A stretch of DNA of 64,000 bases from Eledone cirrhosa (Eukaryota): assembly GCA_964016885.1 (NCBI GenBank), contig OZ024750.1, positions 9,858,001 to 9,922,000 of the forward strand. The letters are read 5' to 3'. This document shows positions 31,154 to 45,800 of the stretch, one piece after another. Every line of letters starts with the position of its first letter. The stretch's first letter is position 1. Below the pieces are notes generated by a model. The model was not told the origin of the DNA. It searched no databases and saw only the letters and a program-made list of their open reading frames with translations. The translations under genes and the position numbers were made by a program.

Positions 31154-32115
31154 ATGGATCTATCCAAATTGTTTATTCCTGGCTGTTTACTTTGACTTCG
31201 TTGAGCAGCATTGGGTCGTTGCATTAAAAATGCATTTGGGTCACACAGGCCGTGTCTGAACGCAGAGACTGATTCACACGCTTTCATTCCAGTGATCAAC
31301 CTTGAAGATAACCTCATGCAGGACATCCATCCGACTTCAATGACGAGTAACTGCATGAATTGGTGGTAGCTGACCCATGCCAGACATCACGTCAACTCTC
31401 CAATGTGCTTGGGAGATCGAAAACAACCATTCTCAATCACTTGCATGTAATAGGGAAGGTGTACAAGCTAGACTAGTGGGTGCCCAAAAGTCTGACCGCA
31501 ATCATGAATATCGGAGGCAGTTGCAACTTTTCTGCTCTTCTACCATCACACACCCACATGGTTATGTTCCACTGTCACTGGTGATGAGAAATGGTGTCTC
31601 TACATTAATGGCAAGCGCAAGCGATGGTGGTTTGATAAAGAGTGTGTGCTACAACGACAAGCAAATGCTGGCCTCCACCTTTGCAAGGCCCTACTTAGTG
31701 TCTGATTTGACTGGAAAGGTGTCATCCACTACGAGCTGCTCTCACCAAACACCAGCATAACTTCTGATGTCTATTGCCAACAACTTGACAGATTAACGAC
31801 AAGCATCATACAGGTGCACCCACACCACTGTCCTGTTTGATTCCTTCATGATAATGCTCGACCATATACATCAAGGATGGCCCTTGAGAAGCTGTCAGAG
31901 CTAGGTTAGGAGGTTTTTCCCCACCCACAGTATTCACCTGACCTCACACCTACAAACTATCACCTTTTTCTCTCAATGAGCATTCCAGTGCAGTCAAAGA
32001 CTTTTACCAATGAAGACCAGTTAAATTAGTGGCTGACGGAATTCTTTGCATCAAAGCCAGAAGAATTCTACAGTGATGGAATCATGAGCCTTCCTAAATG
32101 ATGGCAATTATTTTG
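31154..32115 (+). mobile_element. Decayed mariner (Tc1/mariner) transposase
   Basis: Frame-shifted motifs WVPKSL (WVPHEL), TGDEKW, IHYELL, LHDNARP and HPQYSPDLTPTNYHLF, with several stops. Confidence 0.9.
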
Positions 32116-33596
32116 ACTTGTAAAATTGTCTCATAGTAAGCAGTAACTCATGTGATGGTCATCACCATCAGTGGCAGCACATGGTTTTTGATGTGCTTAC
32201 TATAAAGTATATCAATATTCATCTAAATGTTTTAATATTTCATCTCTCAGTTCCAACAGCCTAACAACTATTCTCACTACTTATTTCTGTCTCTTCGTTA
32301 GATATTTCTTTGCCATGCCCAGTCTAGTGTTGCCAGTTTTGGTGGATGGTCGTCTTGGTGCTACGATAAAAATCACCCAGTCCACATTGTAAGTGTGGTC
32401 AGTATTAGGAAGGCCATTCAGCTGTAAAAACCAAGCCAGAAACAGTTGTGTGTGAGCAAGACATGGTCACCTGATCTGACTTGTCTCACAATCAGGACAA
32501 CTTATCTAACCTATGCTAGCCTGTAAAAATGTGTGTTAAACAGTTAAACAGTAATGATGATGGTTTCCAGCCATGGTCCATTCCTTAAAGTTACCTGGAA
32601 AACAGTAGTATAGGTCAATTAAATTGACCTCCTCAAGATTTAACCACAGACTGTAAAGTGATAGAAGTAAACATGACAAGGCATTTTGTTTGACAGTCAT
32701 GGTTCCAATTATAACTTTGTCAATTAATATCTTTACATTCAATAGTAACTTAATATTGACAGCCTTGGTGCCAATCACAACTATATCTTTACATTCAATA
32801 GTAACTTAGTATTGATAGTCATGGTTCCAATCACAACCTTGTCAATATCTTTACACAATAGTAAGTTAGTAAGAAGAATCAACTATACACTAAACTCTAC
32901 TTATATATGGTTGGTTCCTAATACTTCTTCTGTGGCATATCATGAGTTGTCTTTTGTATATCCCAGTCAAATGGCTGAGTGGAGGTTGTACAATTGAATT
33001 GTTCAAACTTTATACAAAGTTCTACTAGAAAGTTTCTAGACTGCACACACTGTAGTTGTATTGCTTAACAGATATATGAATATGTAGAATATGATGTAAT
33101 TGAGGTGAGACTTGGTTGTTATTTCTAGCAGTTTGAGTGTCTGTGAAAGAGGCTCATTGTCTGCGTATATTGTTAAGGTCACTGTTTTTGGAGGTGAAAA
33201 TGTTCTTGTTCAAGTATGAGTAGATAGTGTTTCTAGTCTAAAGAAATGCCTAATCTAAAGTCTGTCTCATGCCTGGAGGCTCGTCAGGCCAGTGCTTATC
33301 CCAGTTTCATGGCATGAAGCGACTGAGAGTACAAGACGCCATAAAATAAAGTACCAGTAATATACTGGGGTCGATTTAATCAACTTTCCCCTCCCTCAAA
33401 ATGTTGGCTTTGTGCTTAGATCAAAAACCAATATTAAGTTCATATTTGGATCTTAAGAAAGGTTCTTACATAAAATTATGTTGGTAGTTTTTAGGTAATT
33501 ATAAACGTTTTAAAATAAACAGTTTTGTATCATAGAACCAGGGTTGGTTTCAGCTGGTTTTGGTATCAAAGGAAGGATATTATTGAATGTAGTAAT

Positions 33597-33817
33597 AATT
33601 GTTTCTACTTTAGACAAGGCCAGCAATTTGAGCGGGGAGAGGAAAGTCGATTAAATGGATCCCCAGTGCATTACTGGTGCTTTATTTTATCGACTCCGTA
33701 AGTATGAAAGGCAAAGCTAACCTCAGCGGAATTTAAACTCAGAACGTAAAGGGCCGTAACTCCATGCTGCGAAGCATGTTGTCCAACGCTCTACCGATAC
33801 TGCCAACCCACTGCCCT
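33597..33817 (-). mobile_element. SINE, same family, reverse strand
   Basis: Reverse complement contains gagtttaaattccgctgaggttagctttgcctttcat. Confidence 0.8.
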
Positions 33818-33889
33818 TAGAGAATGTAATAATAATAGATACACAAAAAACTGAGATGATCATAGCAGGAAGGCTTCTCTAAGTTTATC

Positions 33890-34100
33890 AAGACAAAAGT
33901 GGAGCTAAATAACTTCAGCTGTACCTATGGTGAGGAATCTTGGGTAATAACCAAAAGTATTCTATCATGGATACAAGCAGCCAAAATAGGGTTCCTCCAA
34001 AGGGTCTTTGGAGTAACGTTACTTGGAGTGTGTAGCTCAAAGATGAGAGAGTCACTCCAGGCATAGTCGCTACTTTACATCAAGAGATCACAGCTTTGAT
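33890..34100 (+). mobile_element. RTE LINE fragment
   Basis: Aligns by eye to 16745-16930 (acctatgg...gaatcttg...gatgagagagtc). Confidence 0.75.
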
Positions 34101-34620
34101 CATGTGCGTGTCTGGCTAAAGGTCACTTCTTTATTTTCGGACGGAACCCGTTAATAAAGCTCTTCCGGTCCATTCCTTCGCTAGAAGTCTTAGGCATAGG
34201 TTAAGAATAACGTCCTCGAAATTGAAACTAGGTTTTCTGACAAGTGAATGGGTTTGTTTGTTTTTTTTACAATGAAATTTACGATACACTCTTTGTTTAT
34301 TTACAACAGGTCTCTATAGTGATATGGTGTTAATTAGTATTGCGTGTGTGATTATTTTCTCTTACACATATACACACCCACATATATATATGTCTGTATG
34401 TATATATATTGATTTATTGATATTTTATTTGAGTGACCCGAATCTTCCTGGTCGTTCTTTTTCGGCTGTATGGGTGATTTTAGCCATATTCTCTATGTGT
34501 TCGTAATTTAACGTTAGTTATAGCTCTGATTTATCCAAATTATTGAGCCCTCTGCCACTCATATCGGATTTGTTTATCGTTAATTCGTGAGCTGATTTTC
34601 CGATACTCGATTATTCTATC
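34100..34620 (+). promoter_or_regulatory. Candidate ATM promoter / first non-coding exon region
   Basis: Local excess of CpG in a CpG-poor window, an ETS-like CTTCCGG near 34162, ~2.5 kb upstream of the ATG-bearing exon, which has its own acceptor and so needs an upstream UTR exon. A strong donor (gag|gtgagt) also lies at 36041. Confidence 0.4.
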
Positions 34621-34796
34621 ATATATATATATAGATAGATAGGTATTATAAAGTATCGAGTAATGGTTTAACCAGTTTCAAACTGAATCCAAGCTGATTT
34701 ATAGCAATAATTTATTGTATTTATTATATGTGTTTAGATTTTCATTCTGTAAAATTTATAAACAATTTGTAATGTTATTTATACAGCTGTGAATAA

Positions 34797-34978
34797 TAAT
34801 TGTTTCTACTTTTGATACTAGGCTAGCAATTATTACCATTGTATTACTGGTACTTTATTTTATAGACCCCGTAAGGGTGAAAGGCAAAGTTAACCTCAGC
34901 TGGATTTGAACTTAGACCACAAAGGGCCGTAACTCTTTGCAGCAAAGCAGTGCGTCAGACTCTCTGCCGATACTGCGA
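34797..34978 (-). mobile_element. SINE, same family, reverse strand
   Basis: tactggtactttattttatagacccc...gaaaggcaaagttaacctc. Confidence 0.8.
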
Positions 34979-36783
34979 AAAATTATAGCTAGATATTGGT
35001 AGAAAATATCTAAATTAGCAACTTTACAGTTTAATACACTGGGATTGATTTAATCAACTCCTCACCCCCTTAAGTGTTCACCTAGAGTTATCTCCCCTGT
35101 TCAACTGGCTACCATTTTCCACCGGTTTATTTGAATGGCGATTAAATAAATCGTAGTTAGGCCTTTTTAAATATATTTTATTAATAACATTTGATGTGGA
35201 AGTATATTTTTTTACCTTTTAAATTTAGTAATATTTTAAAATCAGTTAAATTAAATGTTTGTACAAAGCTAGTATATAATTATTTCCAATTAACGATAAT
35301 TTTCTCTTCTTTCCATCATGTTGACCAAACTTAATAAACAACTTTAATGTAAAAAATATATATATAGGTAAGTAAACACTTATTTAAATATATTGGTGGA
35401 TTTCATTGTTTCGTTGATATACAATGATGAAATAATTTACTAATTTATTAGCTGTCATTTAGTTATATATTTGTAGTTTGATAACTTCTTTGTTTTTAAT
35501 CGTGACTCTCAGTCGATGTTTTAGAAAATTCTTTATTATTTAATTCACAAATAAACACAATTTATATTTAATAAAAGAAGTGGTAGAAGATACACACATT
35601 TAATCACACTCCACAATAACGGAGCACTGAAAATTTCTTCTAATATTTTCTCAGACAACCAACATAATTCTACATCTTAAATACTTTCTTATTGAATGTA
35701 TGTTTTGCAAAAATATTATTGAACTCGTCAAGTTATCGATAAAGATAGAGATAGAGGACAATTTAAAAATATTGTCAAACATATCATCAGGAATTGGACC
35801 AAATAATTTACAGAAGTTTTCGATAAAGAAAATGTTTATATTCTTGGTTATATCTTTGACATCCTTCTAGCTTTAGTGGCTGTCAGTCGGTGGAATCGAG
35901 GAATAGACTTCCTTATAACAAAAGGTGTTAAATTTGAATGTGGTGAAAAGTTGTGAGTTTTAAAGTTTCAATCAGGACTTCTCTTGGAAGAAATGGGAAA
36001 TGTGTTGGAAGTTAAAAAGTCCTTTGCAGCTTATTAGGAGGTGAGTTTAATTAATAACAAACAAAGAAATAAAATTATTTCCCACTGAAATTGATGGTAG
36101 ATTTATTTAGGTTGCTAAAACGTTACCTCGATATAATCTTAGCTTCTAAGCACTTCTTTCCTCTCTAGAGTCTCCCAGGAGAGACATGGCCCCATACAAC
36201 TGAATGGAACGAAGTCCATTTCTCAGAGTACTGGTCACCCATAAATATAATTAATTGAGAGCAACTCCAAGACATGCAAGACTATATATTTAGTGTTGAT
36301 ATCACAATATAACACCACAGTCTTTTCCTTTAGAGGTTGTGTTACACCTCTCACGTTACTTAATTTAACACCACATACTCATGGGTATGTGTAATGAAGT
36401 TTGATCTATTACAAGCAAACTAGGGTACCAGATTCAGGATAACACAGGTAATGTGTAGTCTTTACAGGTTACCTTGGGTCATGGATTAGGGATCATCTCA
36501 AATGGAAACTTAGTCTATAAGCACTTTTACTACCGAACCTCCTTGGTTCTATGATACAAAGCCATTTATATTCTAAAAACCTTCCATAAAAATTTTATGT
36601 AATAACCTTTGTTAAGTTATTTTCCAAATTCTTATTTTTCAAAATGTTTTCAACATTATAAGAAATGTCTGTTATTAGAAATATGGAAACATACAGATGA
36701 AATGCTTTTGAGTTCATTTAATATATATGAGAATGAAGTTTGGTTAACAAAATGTTTTTTCTAGATTTGCTGTCAACTAAAGG

Positions 36784-36849
36784 ATGCCAACACACAATGT
36801 ATGTACTGTCAGCTATGGTTTGACAGCTTCTAAAGCTACTGAGAGGAAG
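36784..36849 (+). CDS. ATM: ATM coding exon 1 (MPTHNVCTVSYGLTASKATERK)
   Basis: Acceptor ctag ends 36764; in-frame TAA at 36778 just before ATG 36784; donor gtaaat; TAN motif. Confidence 0.85.
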
Positions 36850-39800
36850 GTAAATATCAAATAAACTCTTTAGTTCTTTATTTTGGGGTTTTCTTTTTCT
36901 TTTTGTGCTGGCATGAGTTAGACAGGTTATCCTGTTGTGAGACAAGTCAGATCAGATGACCATGTCTTGCTTATACAGAACTGATTTTGGCTTAGTTTCT
37001 ATGGCTGGATGCCTTTCCAACCACATTTACAGTGTTGACTAGGCACTTTTTGTTATGTCATCAATTGACTATTATGCAGTGTCGACTGGGTGCTTTTTGT
37101 CATGGCACCAAAGAGACCATTTTATAGTGTGGATTGGGCGATTTTGCTATGTCGCCATCACACCCAACTTAGTGGCTGGGCTGACCATTTATTGCTATGT
37201 CGCTAACACCACCACCATACAGGGTGGATGAGGTTAGAGAGATAGATTTAGCGTGATGGGTCGAGTGATTAAGACATGGGAGGAGTATAATATATAATAT
37301 AGTCAGTTGAATAACCTTGATTAACTGAGGTTATCCAAGTAATTAATAGACAGAAATTTAATCTTGGGACAATACAGATTGTAGTTTTTTTGTGTTTCTT
37401 TTTTTTTTCATACATTTTAAACACTCCCAAAAGAGAGAGTTTCGTTACTAATTGCTCAGATAATGTTAGCTGATCAATGATTGTTCATTGACAATATTAC
37501 ATTTGTGAGACCCTCCATGTTTAAATTTATTTATCTTAAATGAGTTTCTTCACTTCTCCTTCTGTACCAATCAGGAAAATGTTGTCCAGCTACGGACATT
37601 GTTAAAGAAGAAATCTGTGATAGAAGATTTGGACAGTAAGCCGAAGTACTGGAATGAAATTCTGAAAGTATGTACCACTTACCCTTACAGTTTCACCTCT
37701 AAACACACTGGTAGCGAGAGCAGAGTGTGTGTATGTGTTCATTATTTTAATGTGAAGTAATGTTTGATCCAACATGAAATTTCTTCAGATAATTGTTCTG
37801 GTTTGACAGTAAATAATGACTTCTACATACTACTATTTCTATATGCTACTAGTTCTACATACTACTATTTCTATATGCTACTAGTTCTACATACTACTAT
37901 TTCTACATAGTACTGTTTCTACATAGTATTGTTTCTGTCGAGGAAAGACTGGACATTACAAAGTGTAGTAACGTACAATGTATATGTAATAACACTATTT
38001 CATGTCACATAATATTGTTTCTATAGTTTTATTCATCTATATTCTTTTATCTCTAGAATGTCATTAAATATGTCATTATTGAGAGTGAATCTCTCAGGAA
38101 ATCAAGGGCCTCAACATCAAGTCAGTTGACCATAAACAAGAAACATGATGTTGCTTCCCTCTTCAAGTTTGTTGTCAATACTGCTAATAAACGTAAGTTA
38201 TTGTCGTGTACATGTCACCATGGTAGGTTAGCTGTGTGATTAAGAAGTTTGATTTATAATCACCCAGTTTTAGATTCTATTTCAATGTGTGGAAGCTTAG
38301 GCAAGTGTCTTCTATTATAGCTCAGGTCAACCAATGCCTTGTGAATAAATTTAGTTGACAGAAACTCTGAGGAAGCTCATTATGTGATATATATATATAA
38401 ATATGGACGTAAAACGCTGATGATGATGATATATATATTTATATATATATATCATCATCGTTTTTATGTTTGCTTTTCCATACTTGCATAGGTTATATTT
38501 ATATATATATATCCACTGTAAAGTGGTCATGTAGGTGTCATGACAAAAAGCAGCCAGTCCACACTGTAAAATGGTCATGTACGCGCCACGGTAAAAAGGC
38601 ACCCAGTACTCACTGTAAATGAGGTTGGTGTTAAGAAGGGCATCCAGCTGTAGAAATCGAGCAAAAATCAGTTCTGTATGAGCAAGACATGGTCACCTGA
38701 CCTGGCATTGCCCACAACAGGATAACCCGTCTAACTCATGCTGGCATGGAAGAATGGACGTAAAACGGTGATGATGATATATGTGTGTGTGTGTCTAGTT
38801 TAGAATAGGTGCATCATGTCCCCACCTGTTTAAAAAAAAACAATTAAAAGTGTTGGTGTCAGAAAGAGTATTCAGCTGTAAAACATTGCCTCAAAAAGTT
38901 CTGTCCAACCCATGCCAGCATGTAAAAGTCAAAATAAGAATGATGAGGAAATGATATGTGTGTTTGTGTATAAACATCATCATTTTACATCCAAATCTTA
39001 GATGTTTTAGTCGATCCTTCCAAATTCTAGACAGTGTTTTTCATTAAAAATATAGTTACTAAAAGTTTAACCCTTTAGCATTTATATTACTCTACATACT
39101 ATTATATTTTCACAGTAAAGGCTTTACCTCACATAATATCGAATCTGAGATTTTGATATTAGTTATTTTGAGAACAATACCTTAACATCACTGTGAGCAG
39201 CCAGTTACAGCTGGTTTGAACAGAAAGAAGTGAGAAAATTCTGTCCATATATGGCTTAAATGCTAAAGGGTTAAACTGTTTTTTCTTCAAATTCTGAATT
39301 TGTTGTCTTTCAGGTGGTTGTTTTTTAAAATGTGAAAAACTTGTGAATCACATTAGTCATGTTTTGAAGGAGGACTTTTTGCGAGAATCGTTTGGATTGA
39401 TTTACAGCAGTTTATTACTAAAGAACATCTTAACAACAAGGAAATATATAAATAACATCTCCACAAATACTTATAGTGGTAAGATTTTTACACCATTTAT
39501 TTTCTTTTTCTTTAAACACAAATATTGGTTTTTACAAACACATTAAAATATTTAATTTCTTGGTGAAGATAAAGTCTATTTGGCTTGTATGATCCCCTGA
39601 TTGATAGGAAATCAGGTGACTCGTTGGCTGGCTTCTTAATGATCTGTGCTACAGATCATTAAGTTGAGAACATCACAGAACTCCAGAAGCCTAGTCCTCT
39701 CCCCATTTCTTGTGCCATAACCATAGCCTCCATGTATGCCAGGGAATCTGTTATGATGTTTCCCAACATGTCCATTGAAGTCACCAGCTGCGATAATGAA

Positions 39801-42800
39801 TTCACTATCATCTATCATTGCATGTAGCATATTCATATCCGTGTGTATATTACAAGAGCGTACAGCCCTCCCCGCAGTGGAGGGTTCTGCATGTATGTAA
39901 CACCTACTCCCACATTATCTGTAAGGTAAACCTCTTAACACAGCCATGGCTGCACTTAATAAGCTTTATACTTCTTTTCCAGATTTTCTCTTTGTTTACT
40001 GTGATATATTCCAATCAAACAACAATGAATTGAACAGTTTATTAGTGACAAAACTAATCTATGCCCTCATGCAGGCCTTCACTTTACAGTCTGAATTACC
40101 AACAAAGGAACTTTCTAAGTTTTACATCAACTTCTTCAAAAGACCCAGGTACAGCAATCTTTTTTTTAATTCTCCCTCTTCATACCAAACTCCCTAAAAC
40201 TTTGATTATATGATAGCTGTTTCTTTGAAAAAGTTTTTATTTATTTAAAAACTTTCCATCATAATTTTATGTAAGAAACTTCGTTAAATTATGTCCAGGA
40301 CTCGAACCCAAGACATTATGATCATAAGTCCAACACTCTTACCACTAGGCCATGTGCCTCTCACTATTTCAAAACTTGTTATAAAAGTCAAACTATTATG
40401 TTTCCATATTTCAGCAATAAGAATGGGAATATGAAGGTAGTTGAATACATATTGTTGTCTGCAAATCTCTTTGTCCAACAGTCAGCTGTAAATAGCCGAC
40501 ATCAGATGTGTTTATTGGGAGAGGCGGCTGTGCCACTTCTGCTCAATTTCTGGAGCCAACAAAACCCACTGCAAGTAAATATATTTTTACAGTATATAAC
40601 TAAGTTGTTGTTTATACACACACACACATATATATACACTCTTTTACTCCTTTACCTGTTCCAGCCATCTGGAGCACCGTCCATATTTAGCTGCAGTTTA
40701 TTGACTGAAACCAATAAAAGAATATACATATATATATTCTTTTATTGGTTTCAGTGATTGAACTGCAGCTATATATGGAAAATGTTTTAAAGGGTTTTAT
40801 CAGTCATATCACACTTAGTACTTACTTTATTGATCTCAGAAAAATTAATGTTAAAATAGTAATGATAGTAATGCCTCAATACACTATACTTCAATATTTA
40901 TGACTTTAAGATTAGTCTCATCTGTGTATTACTGTTAATATTGGGTGGGGGGGGGGGGGGGATATATACATATATTTTTTTTTATTTTACATTTAACTTA
41001 CATTGTTTGTTTCAGCAACAAATTCTGGTGTTCTTGAGTTTCCAACTAAAGATCCATAATCCATTTGGTGCCAGGACAGAAGAAGAAGGTGCCATGGCAG
41101 CAGACTGGGCTGTATGGAGAGTAAGAAGATATCAGTTACTATTGATAGATGATAGGTGTGGTGGAGTTTCACCTGTGATATAAGGACTGACCTATCACAG
41201 GTGATAGTTCTGTAGTTGCACAGACACATACATACATACAGACATATACATACATACATACATACAGACATATACATACATACATACATACATCTTCACA
41301 GACACATACATACATCTTCACAGACATATACATACATCTTCACAGACACATACATTGAGGAGGTACATAGGGAATGGTGAGGTATGGTACCATCATCATC
41401 ATTATCTTCATCATAAACATCATCATCATCTGCTTAATAACTATTTATTTGCTGTTTCATTCTTTTCGTCTTTTCTTTTAAGTCTCATCTAAAGAAAATG
41501 TATGAAATAATCCATAATCATTTGGAGGAATTCAATTGTCGTCACACATTATCATTAAGGTTTGTATAACATTGATATCTGACCTACATGTTATTATATA
41601 CTGTATAATATTTAACTTGACTAAGACACAATAGTAGATTAGTCACACCTCCTTTGTTTTCATAATATTTTAGATAGTGAATTTGGCTTTTACACCTACT
41701 GAACCTTCTTTTAGTTACTGAATGCTGAAGCTGGTACATTACTACACCAGCTCCTGCAATCTTGCACTTAATTCAGCTTCCAGCTTTCCGTCACTCGTGA
41801 CCACAGCCACAAAATACTTGATCTTCTCCACCTGCTTCAGTGAAACTCCATTTACATGTAGAGTGCACTGTGCATGCTTCCTTGAGAGGACAAGTGTCTC
41901 AGTTTTCGCAACACTGATTTTCATTCCAGCCATGCAGCATTCAGCATCAAACCTATCAAGTGTAAGTCAGAAATCACCTTCTGTTGAGTTAAGTAATACC
42001 ATGTCGTCTGCAAATTCCAGCCAATTACTATACTTGATAGCTCCCACCAAACTTAGCACTACATCACCACCATCACTGTTGTCATTACTACCACCAAATT
42101 TAGCACTACACTACCACTACCACTACTATTTCTTTCCTACAGTTTACGAGACTCTGTGACAACACTAGACTGGGATTTGGCACAGTTTGCTGCTGATCTA
42201 TATCACCAGGTATGTCAATGACTTCCCAACACTGGATATGTCACTTCTTTTAGTAATGAAATAATTAACAATTTTAGTAAATCCCTCAAAGTTCTTCATT
42301 AATTAATTGAAGTAGAGTATATTTAATTAGAAATATAGTCATGAAAGGGTTAAATCAAGCTTGTTTGCTTCTGTTTTGCCAGATGTTTTATCTAATGAGT
42401 TCCTCTAATGCTGATGAAGACATTGAGTCTGGTGCTGTTGCCAAAAGACAGCGTCTAGAATCTGGTTTATCAGAATTGAGAGAGAAAATTAGTTCTGTAG
42501 GAGCAAACAAGAAAGTCATCCCTTGGTAAGATTCTACTCATTCTCTCATGTTTGTCCTTCTTCCTCCTCTTCTTGTTATTGTTGTTGCTATCACCACTAT
42601 CTTCTTGACATTGTTGTATCATCATTATTATATACTACCTTATTATTAGCTCTACCTTACATCATTACTATATTTTTCTGTTTACTAGATTGTGTACCTT
42701 ACTTCATTCACTGTCATTCTTACCTTTCTAGGCTTCAGCTAATGCAGTGTCTTCTAGAGAGACATCCCTCAGATTTCCAATATGGCGAGACACAACCTTT

Positions 42801-45800
42801 ATTACAAGTCCTCGTACAGTTTCAGTCTGATGCTAAGAGGTAAGTCAGAGAATATGTATATAACAATAACCTTGCTACATTAGTGCTAACAACACTGTTC
42901 CTAATAGCAGCACTATAATACCACTAACAACACTGTTGTCAATAGCAACACTCAATTACCACTAACCACAGTGTTGCTAATAGCAACACTCTATTACCAC
43001 TAACAACACTGTTGCTAATAGCAGTTATCAACACTCTATTACCACTAACAACACTGTTGTTAATAGCAACACTCTACTAACACTAACAACAGTGTTGTCA
43101 ATATCAACACTCTGTTACCACTAACCACAGTGTTACTAATAGAAGCTATCAACACTATATTAGTGGTAACAACAGTGTTGTTAGTCACCACTGCTGTGTC
43201 CAAAGTTTAAACTAGGTTCACCATATTGTCTTACACCACCACATCTTCAGCCTGGCCAGGGATAACGAGCACCCTTGTGATGTGTTGTGGTACTGCTGGG
43301 GCCACAATGAAATACACCCACCATCGTGTAAAATTCTAGTGTTGATGCCATTATAAAAGGCACCCAGTCCACCCTGTATGGTGGTAGTGCTGGTGCCATG
43401 ATAAAAATCCTCCAGTCCACCCTGTAATGTGGTAGTGCTGGTGCCATGTTAAAATGCTTCCAGTACTTACTGTAAAGTGGTTGGCATTAGGAAGGGCATC
43501 CAATTGTAGAAAACATACAAGAATAGAATAAATAAGCAAGACACAGTCATCTGACTTATCCAACCTCTGAATGTGACAACGTGTCTAACTTATGCAAGCA
43601 TGGACATTAAATGGTGATCTAACTCCCTATCCAACCTTCTGTTTACCAATATGTCTAGCTAACTATTTATTTATTTATCCCTATATAAAGATGTGATGTC
43701 ACAGAATTGTTACTCAGCTGTCTCCAGATCTTGGCTTCTGTTTTAACAAATTATACCGATATGTGGAACAAAGTTTGGGATAATTGTCTCAGGTGAGTTT
43801 CTGGTTCATTACTAGCTTCATCTACTTATGATACCTTTCACAGTACATATGATATCATCTTTCACAGTACATATGATATCATCTTTCACAGTACATATGA
43901 TATCATCTTTCACTGTAAATATGATACCATCTTTCACTGTACATATGATATCATCTTTCACTGTACATATGATACCATCTTTCACTGTACATATGATATC
44001 ATCTTTCACTGTACATATGATATCATCTTTCACAGTACATATGATATCATCTTTCACTGTACATATGATACCATCTTTCACTGTACATATATCTTTCACT
44101 GTACATATGATATCATCTTTCACTGTACATATGATACCATCTTTCACTGTACATATGATACCATCTTTCACTGTACATATGATATCTTTCACTGTACATA
44201 TGATATCTTTCACTGTACATATGATACCATCTTTCACTGTACATATGATACCATCTTTCACTGTACATATGATATCATCTTTCACTGTACATATGATATC
44301 ATCTTTCACTGTACATATGATATCATCTTTCACTGTACATATGATACCATCTTTCACTGTACATATGATATCATCTTTCACAGTACATATGATATCATCT
44401 TTCACTGTACATATGATATCATCTTTCACTGTACATATGATACCATCTTTCACTGTACATATGATACCATCTTTCACTGTACATATGATATCATCTTTCA
44501 CTGTACATATGATATCATCTTTCACTGTACATATGATATCATCTTTCACTGTACATATGATACCATCTTTCACTGTACATATGATATCATCTTTCACAGT
44601 ACATATGATATCATCTTTCACTGTACATATGATATCATCTTTCACTGTACATATGATACCATCTTTCACTGTACATATGATATCATCTTTCACAGTACAT
44701 ATGATACCATCTTTCACTGTACATATGATATCATCTTTCACTGTACATATGATACCATCTTTCACTGTACATATGATATCATCTTTCACTGTACATATGA
44801 TATCATCTTTCACTGTACATATGATACCATCTTTCACTGTACATATGATATCATCTTTCACTGTACATATGATACCATCTTTCACTGTACATATGATATC
44901 ATCTTTCACTGTACATATGATATCATCTTTCACTGTACATATGATATCATCTTTCACTGTACATATGATATCATCTTTCACTGTACATATGATATCTTTC
45001 ACTGTACATATGATATCATCTTTCACTGTACATATGATATCATCTTTCACTGTACATATGATATCATCTTTCACTGTACATATGATATCATCTTTCACAG
45101 TACATATGATACCATCTTTCACAGTACATATGATATCATCTTTCACTGTACATATGATACCATCTTTCACTGTACATATGATATCATCTTTCACAGTACA
45201 TATGATATCATCTTTCACTGTACATATATCTTTCACTGTACATATGATATCATCTTTCACTGTACATATGATATCATCTTTCACTGTACATATGATATCA
45301 TCTTTCACTGTACATATGATATCATCTTTCACTGTACATATGATATCTTTCACTGTACATATGATATCATCTTTCACTGTACATATGATATCATCTTTCA
45401 CTGTACATATGATATCATCTTTCACTGTACATATGATATCATCTTTCACAGTACATATGATACCATCTTTCACAGTACATATGATATCATCTTTCACTGT
45501 ACATATGATACCATCTTTCACTGTACATATGATATCATCTTTCACAGTACATATGATATCATCTTTCACTGTACATATATCTTTCACTGTACATATGATA
45601 TCTTTCACTGTACATATGATATCTTTCACTGTACATATGATATCTTTCACTGTACATATGGTATCATCTTTCACTGTACATATGATATCATCTTTCACTG
45701 TACATATGATATCTTTCACTGTACATATGATATCATCTTTCACTGTACATATGATATCATCTTTCACTGTATTTTATTTATTCTATGACATATTCCAACT

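Noticed and set aside
31915-31970. Mariner motif YSPDLTPTNYHLF has N in place of the third catalytic D, as in domesticated SETMAR
   Set aside because: The ORF has many stops and frameshifts, so a chance decay mutation is more likely than domestication
31000-36700. Head-to-head NPAT gene as in vertebrate ATM loci
   Set aside because: No minus-strand exons with recognisable NPAT/LisH similarity were seen
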